NCBI GenBank assembly: GCA_043749245.1
Contig: JAYVDU010000565.1
Coordinates: forward strand, 1 to 57,010
Reading direction: 5' to 3'
DNA length: 57,010 nt
Source of the DNA: Bacteroidota bacterium
GTDB lineage: Bacteria > Bacteroidota > Bacteroidia > B-17B0 > Aurantibacillaceae
Part shown: piece by piece, positions 54,234-57,010 of the stretch
Position numbering within the stretch: the first letter of the stretch is position 1
Layout of the letters: the number at the start of each line of letters is the position of its first letter
Notes under the pieces: model-generated
What the model saw: the letters and a program-made list of their open reading frames with translations, nothing else
Told to the model about the DNA's origin: nothing
Databases searched by the model: none
Position numbers and translations under genes: made by a program

Positions 54234-54403
54234 ATAACGTGTTTTTTTGATTCTTTACTTTACGTTGAAAATCGTTTTTTGTCAAACACTAAAAATCAAA
54301 TTTTGTTTAAATATTTGATAAACAGTTAATTACTTCAATCCTTTTTTTTTTGATATTTGGTTGATACAGTTATCTTTGTTGCGAATTTAAAAACCAAAAC
54401 ACA

Positions 54404-54643
54404 ATGTCAGACATTTCAACAAAAGTAGTATCTATTATCGTAGATAAATTAGGTGTAGAAGAAAAAGAAGTAACTCCAACAGCAAGTTTCACTAATGATT
54501 TAGGTGCAGACTCTTTGGATACAGTAGAATTAATTATGGAATTTGAAAAAGAATTTAATATCGCTATTCCAGATGATCAAGCTGAAAAGATTGCTACAGT
54601 AGGAGATGCTATTTCTTATATTGAAGCAAACGCAAAAAACTAA
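54404..54643 (+). CDS. acpP: Acyl carrier protein
   Basis: Phosphopantetheine site [16 protein letters not shown]. 79 aa. Upstream of fabF. Confidence 0.97.
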   Translation: MSDISTKVVSIIVDKLGVEEKEVTPTASFTNDLGADSLDTVELIMEFEKEFNIAIPDDQAEKIATVGDAISYIEANAKN

Positions 54644-54672
54644 GAACTCACTTTTAATCAAATTTATTTTTT

Positions 54673-55926
54673 ATGCAATTTAAGCGCGTAGTAGTTACGG
54701 GACTTGGTGCTGTTACACCATTGGGCAGTAATATCAACGATTATTGGACCAATTTAATTAATGGCGTATCAGGTGCTGCACCTATTACACGTTTTGATGC
54801 ATCTAAATTTAAAACTCAATTTGCTTGTGAAGTAAAGGGTTTTAAATTAGAAGATTATTTTGATAGAAAAGAGTCTCAACGTTTAGATGCTTTCTCTCAT
54901 TACGGAATTGCTGCGTCTGTGCAAGCGGTGGCCGATTCTGGCATAGATAAAGAAGGTATTGATAAAAATGAAATTGGTGTTATTTGGGGTTCTGGTATTG
55001 GTGGTTTAGATACTTTTCAGGCAGAAACCTTTAATTTCGCTAAAGGAGATGGAACGCCTCGTTTCAATCCGTTCTTTATTCCAAAAATGATTGCTGATAT
55101 ATGTTCTGGACATATATCTATACGTTTTGGTTTTAGAGGACCAAACTTCACAACCGTTTCGGCTTGCGCTTCTTCAACTACAGCGTTAATCGATGCGTTT
55201 ACCTATATTAGATTAGGTAGAGCAAACGCCATTATTGCGGGAGGTTCTGAAGCTGCAATTAACGAAAGTGGTATTGGTGGTTTTAATGCTTGCCAAGCGA
55301 TGAGTATGCGTAATGATAGCCCAACAACAGCATCTCGTCCTTATGATAAAGATCGCGATGGGTTTGTGTTAGGCGAAGGCGGTGCTTGTTTAGTATTGGA
55401 AGAATTAGAACACGCTTTAGCGCGTGGCGCTAAAATTTATGCTGAAGTTATTGGTGGTGGTATGAGTGGAGATGCTCATCATATTACAGCTCCTCATCCT
55501 GAGGGATTAGGCGCAACGCTTGTTATGCAGCGTGCGTTGAAGGATGCAGAAATTTCTGCAAATGATGTTGATTATATTAACACACATGGCACTAGTACAC
55601 CATTAGGTGATACAGCAGAGCTTAAAGCCATTGCCAATGTTTTTGGAGAACAAGCATACAAAATGAACATTAGTTCTACTAAATCCATGACTGGCCATTT
55701 ATTAGGTGCTGCAGGCGCTTTAGAGGCTATTGCAACCGTTTTAGCTGTGCAAAATGATATTGTACCTCCTACAATTAATCATGTAACAAAAGATCCCGAA
55801 ATTGATCCAAAATTAAATTTGACTTTTAATAAAGCTCAAAAACGTAAAATCAATATTGCCATCAGTAACACCTTTGGTTTTGGCGGACATAATGCCGCTG
55901 TTGTTATCAAAAAATATACTGCTTAA
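54673..55926 (+). CDS. fabF: 3-oxoacyl-ACP synthase II
   Basis: Active-site Cys in TVSACASST, His motifs HITAPHP and NTHGTSTPLGD, C-terminal FGFGGHNA. Confidence 0.95.
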   Translation: MQFKRVVVTGLGAVTPLGSNINDYWTNLINGVSGAAPITRFDASKFKTQFACEVKGFKLEDYFDRKESQRLDAFSHYGIAASVQAVADSGIDKEGIDKNEIGVIWGSGIGGLDTFQAETFNFAKGDGTPRFNPFFIPKMIADICSGHISIRFGFRGPNFTTVSACASSTTALIDAFTYIRLGRANAIIAGGSEAAINESGIGGFNACQAMSMRNDSPTTASRPYDKDRDGFVLGEGGACLVLEELEHALARGAKIYAEVIGGGMSGDAHHITAPHPEGLGATLVMQRALKDAEISANDVDYINTHGTSTPLGDTAELKAIANVFGEQAYKMNISSTKSMTGHLLGAAGALEAIATVLAVQNDIVPPTINHVTKDPEIDPKLNLTFNKAQKRKINIAISNTFGFGGHNAAVVIKKYTA

Positions 55927-55935
55927 TTTATTGTT

Positions 55936-56676
55936 TTGGAAAAGCTTTTATCTATTTTCACCTCCTTTTCTAAGGAAGACAAAGAGTTTAAACAAAAGCT
56001 TAAAAATATTTTAGGATTTTCTCCTAGTAATTTGGCATTGTATAAACAAGCCTTCAGGCATAGCAGTTCAAAAAAAGAAATTACAGAACACATACAAAGT
56101 AACGAGCGCTTAGAGTTTTTGGGCGATTCGATTTTAGGAGCAGTTGTGGCCGAACATTTATTTAAATTATTTCCTACAAGGGATGAAGGTTTTTTGACAC
56201 AAATGCGAAGTCGTATTGTGAATGGGCAGCATTTATTAGTGTTAGCAAGAAAATTTGGATTAGATGTTTTATTACAATCACGTTTAACAAAAAAAGAAAA
56301 AGTTGATTCATCTGCTTATGGCGATGTGTTTGAAGCTTTTATTGGCGCCATTTATTTAGATAAAGGTTATGAGTTAACTAAACAATTTATATTAAATGAT
56401 GTGATTAGAAATCATTTAGACATTAATGAGTTGTTGCAAAATAATACAGATTATAAAACTCAATTTCAAATATTAATGCAACGACAAAAAAACACCTTTG
56501 CATATACAATTATTAAGGAAGGAGATAGTGGTAGAGAAAAAACATATACGGTTGAATTGTCCATTAACGGTGAGCCACAAGCAACGTTTGAACACAAGTC
56601 GAAAAAAGTAGCTGAGCAAAAAGTGGCTCAAGTTGTTTTAGAGCAGTTGGGAGAACAGAAAATAATATCAAATTAA
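55936..56676 (+). CDS. rnc: Ribonuclease III
   Basis: Signature NERLEFLGDSILG plus a C-terminal dsRBD. TTG start in the track; the exact start is uncertain. Confidence 0.93.
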   Translation: MEKLLSIFTSFSKEDKEFKQKLKNILGFSPSNLALYKQAFRHSSSKKEITEHIQSNERLEFLGDSILGAVVAEHLFKLFPTRDEGFLTQMRSRIVNGQHLLVLARKFGLDVLLQSRLTKKEKVDSSAYGDVFEAFIGAIYLDKGYELTKQFILNDVIRNHLDINELLQNNTDYKTQFQILMQRQKNTFAYTIIKEGDSGREKTYTVELSINGEPQATFEHKSKKVAEQKVAQVVLEQLGEQKIISN

Positions 56677-56796
56677 TGATTATAAAAAAAGGAAAAAAAG
56701 TTTTATTTTTTTAAAAAAAAATTTTGTCAAATTAAAAAAACAATTACCTTTGCATCCCAATTAAAAAGTTGGTAGTTCATTAATATAAAATTTCAA

Positions 56797-56869
56797 GCGA
56801 AAGTAGCTCAGTTGGTAGAGCGTAACCTTGCCAAGGTTAAGGTCGCGGGTTCGAGACCCGTCTTTCGCT
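56797..56869 (+). tRNA. tRNA-Gly (anticodon GCC)
   Basis: Manual fold: acceptor GCGAAAG/CTTTCGC, anticodon loop TTGCCAA, T-loop TTCGAGA. Confidence 0.9.
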
Positions 56870-56886
56870 CAATAATTCTCTAATAT

Positions 56887-56970
56887 GCCCTGGTGGTGGA
56901 ATTGGTAGACACGCAGGACTTAAAATCCTGTGTCTTCGCGGACGTACGGGTTCAAGTCCCGTCTGGGGTA
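56887..56970 (+). tRNA. tRNA-Leu (anticodon TAA), class II with long variable arm
   Basis: GCCCTGGTGGTGGAATTGGTAGACACGCAGGACTTAAAATCCTG... Anticodon loop is CTTAAAA, variable arm TGTCTTCGCGGACGT, T-loop TTCAAGT. My fold of the acceptor stem has three G-U pairs. Confidence 0.8.
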
Positions 56971-57010
56971 CTACTTCAAAGTACTAATGTTTGGTAGAGT
57001 TAGAAGGAAA

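Noticed and set aside
1-57010. CRISPR arrays, rRNA genes, IS-type transposases and conjugation (tra/mob) genes.
   Set aside because: I found no regularly spaced direct repeats, no rRNA-like conserved segments and no DDE/transposase-like ORFs. No VirB4/TraG/relaxase signatures were seen beyond the HerA-like ATPase fused to DndE. This was a visual scan only, so short or degenerate elements could have been missed.

Overview
Low-GC Bacteroidota (Flavobacteriia-like) chromosome. This call rests on T9SS C-terminal sorting domains, the TAnnTTTG promoter motif, A-rich leaders without Shine-Dalgarno sequences, and rimP-nusA-infB and acpP-fabF-rnc synteny. Core genes occupy only the far left (1-265) and the right (48.8-57 kb: tRNA-Ala, infB, nusA, rimP, acpP, fabF, rnc, tRNA-Gly, tRNA-Leu). 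The rest is a ~48.5-kb composite genomic island in the 3' end of tRNA-Ala(GGC). It is bounded by a perfect 16-bp direct repeat (270-285 and 48817-48832), with a tyrosine integrase at the left end and an excisionase-like HTH gene at the right end. (1) 1.9-20.5 kb is a one-strand virus-like module. It has a replication/modification block (P-loop ATPase, AAA+/vWA pair, large N6-adenine methyltransferase) and a lysis cassette (amidase, glucosaminidase, holin-like, u-spanin-like). It also has many small membrane proteins and small beta-rich proteins, but I recognise no terminase, portal or tail genes. (2) 21.6-29.4 kb plus 36.9-39.1 kb is a non-canonical and partly broken DNA-phosphorothioation (dnd) locus. 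It contains dndA, a DGQHR/DndB-like gene, a DndE::HerA-like ATPase fusion, and dndD with an in-frame TAA. Its dndC has a 3' end replaced in frame by an RHS core plus C-terminal toxin module. Three unassigned partners (GIY-YIG, an 86-aa protein, a HEPN-like protein) may form an undescribed effector module. (3) About 8.4 kb of mobile DNA sits between dndC and dndD. It carries an HUH rolling-circle Rep, Fic, a canonical plus a degenerate tyrosine recombinase, a primase/helicase-like ATPase, an XRE regulator, and the orphan rhs-CT/immunity pair. (4) 39.2-45.6 kb is a surface/T9SS cargo cluster with two pseudogenes. (5) 45.7-48.6 kb holds small regulators. No CRISPR array or rRNA was seen.
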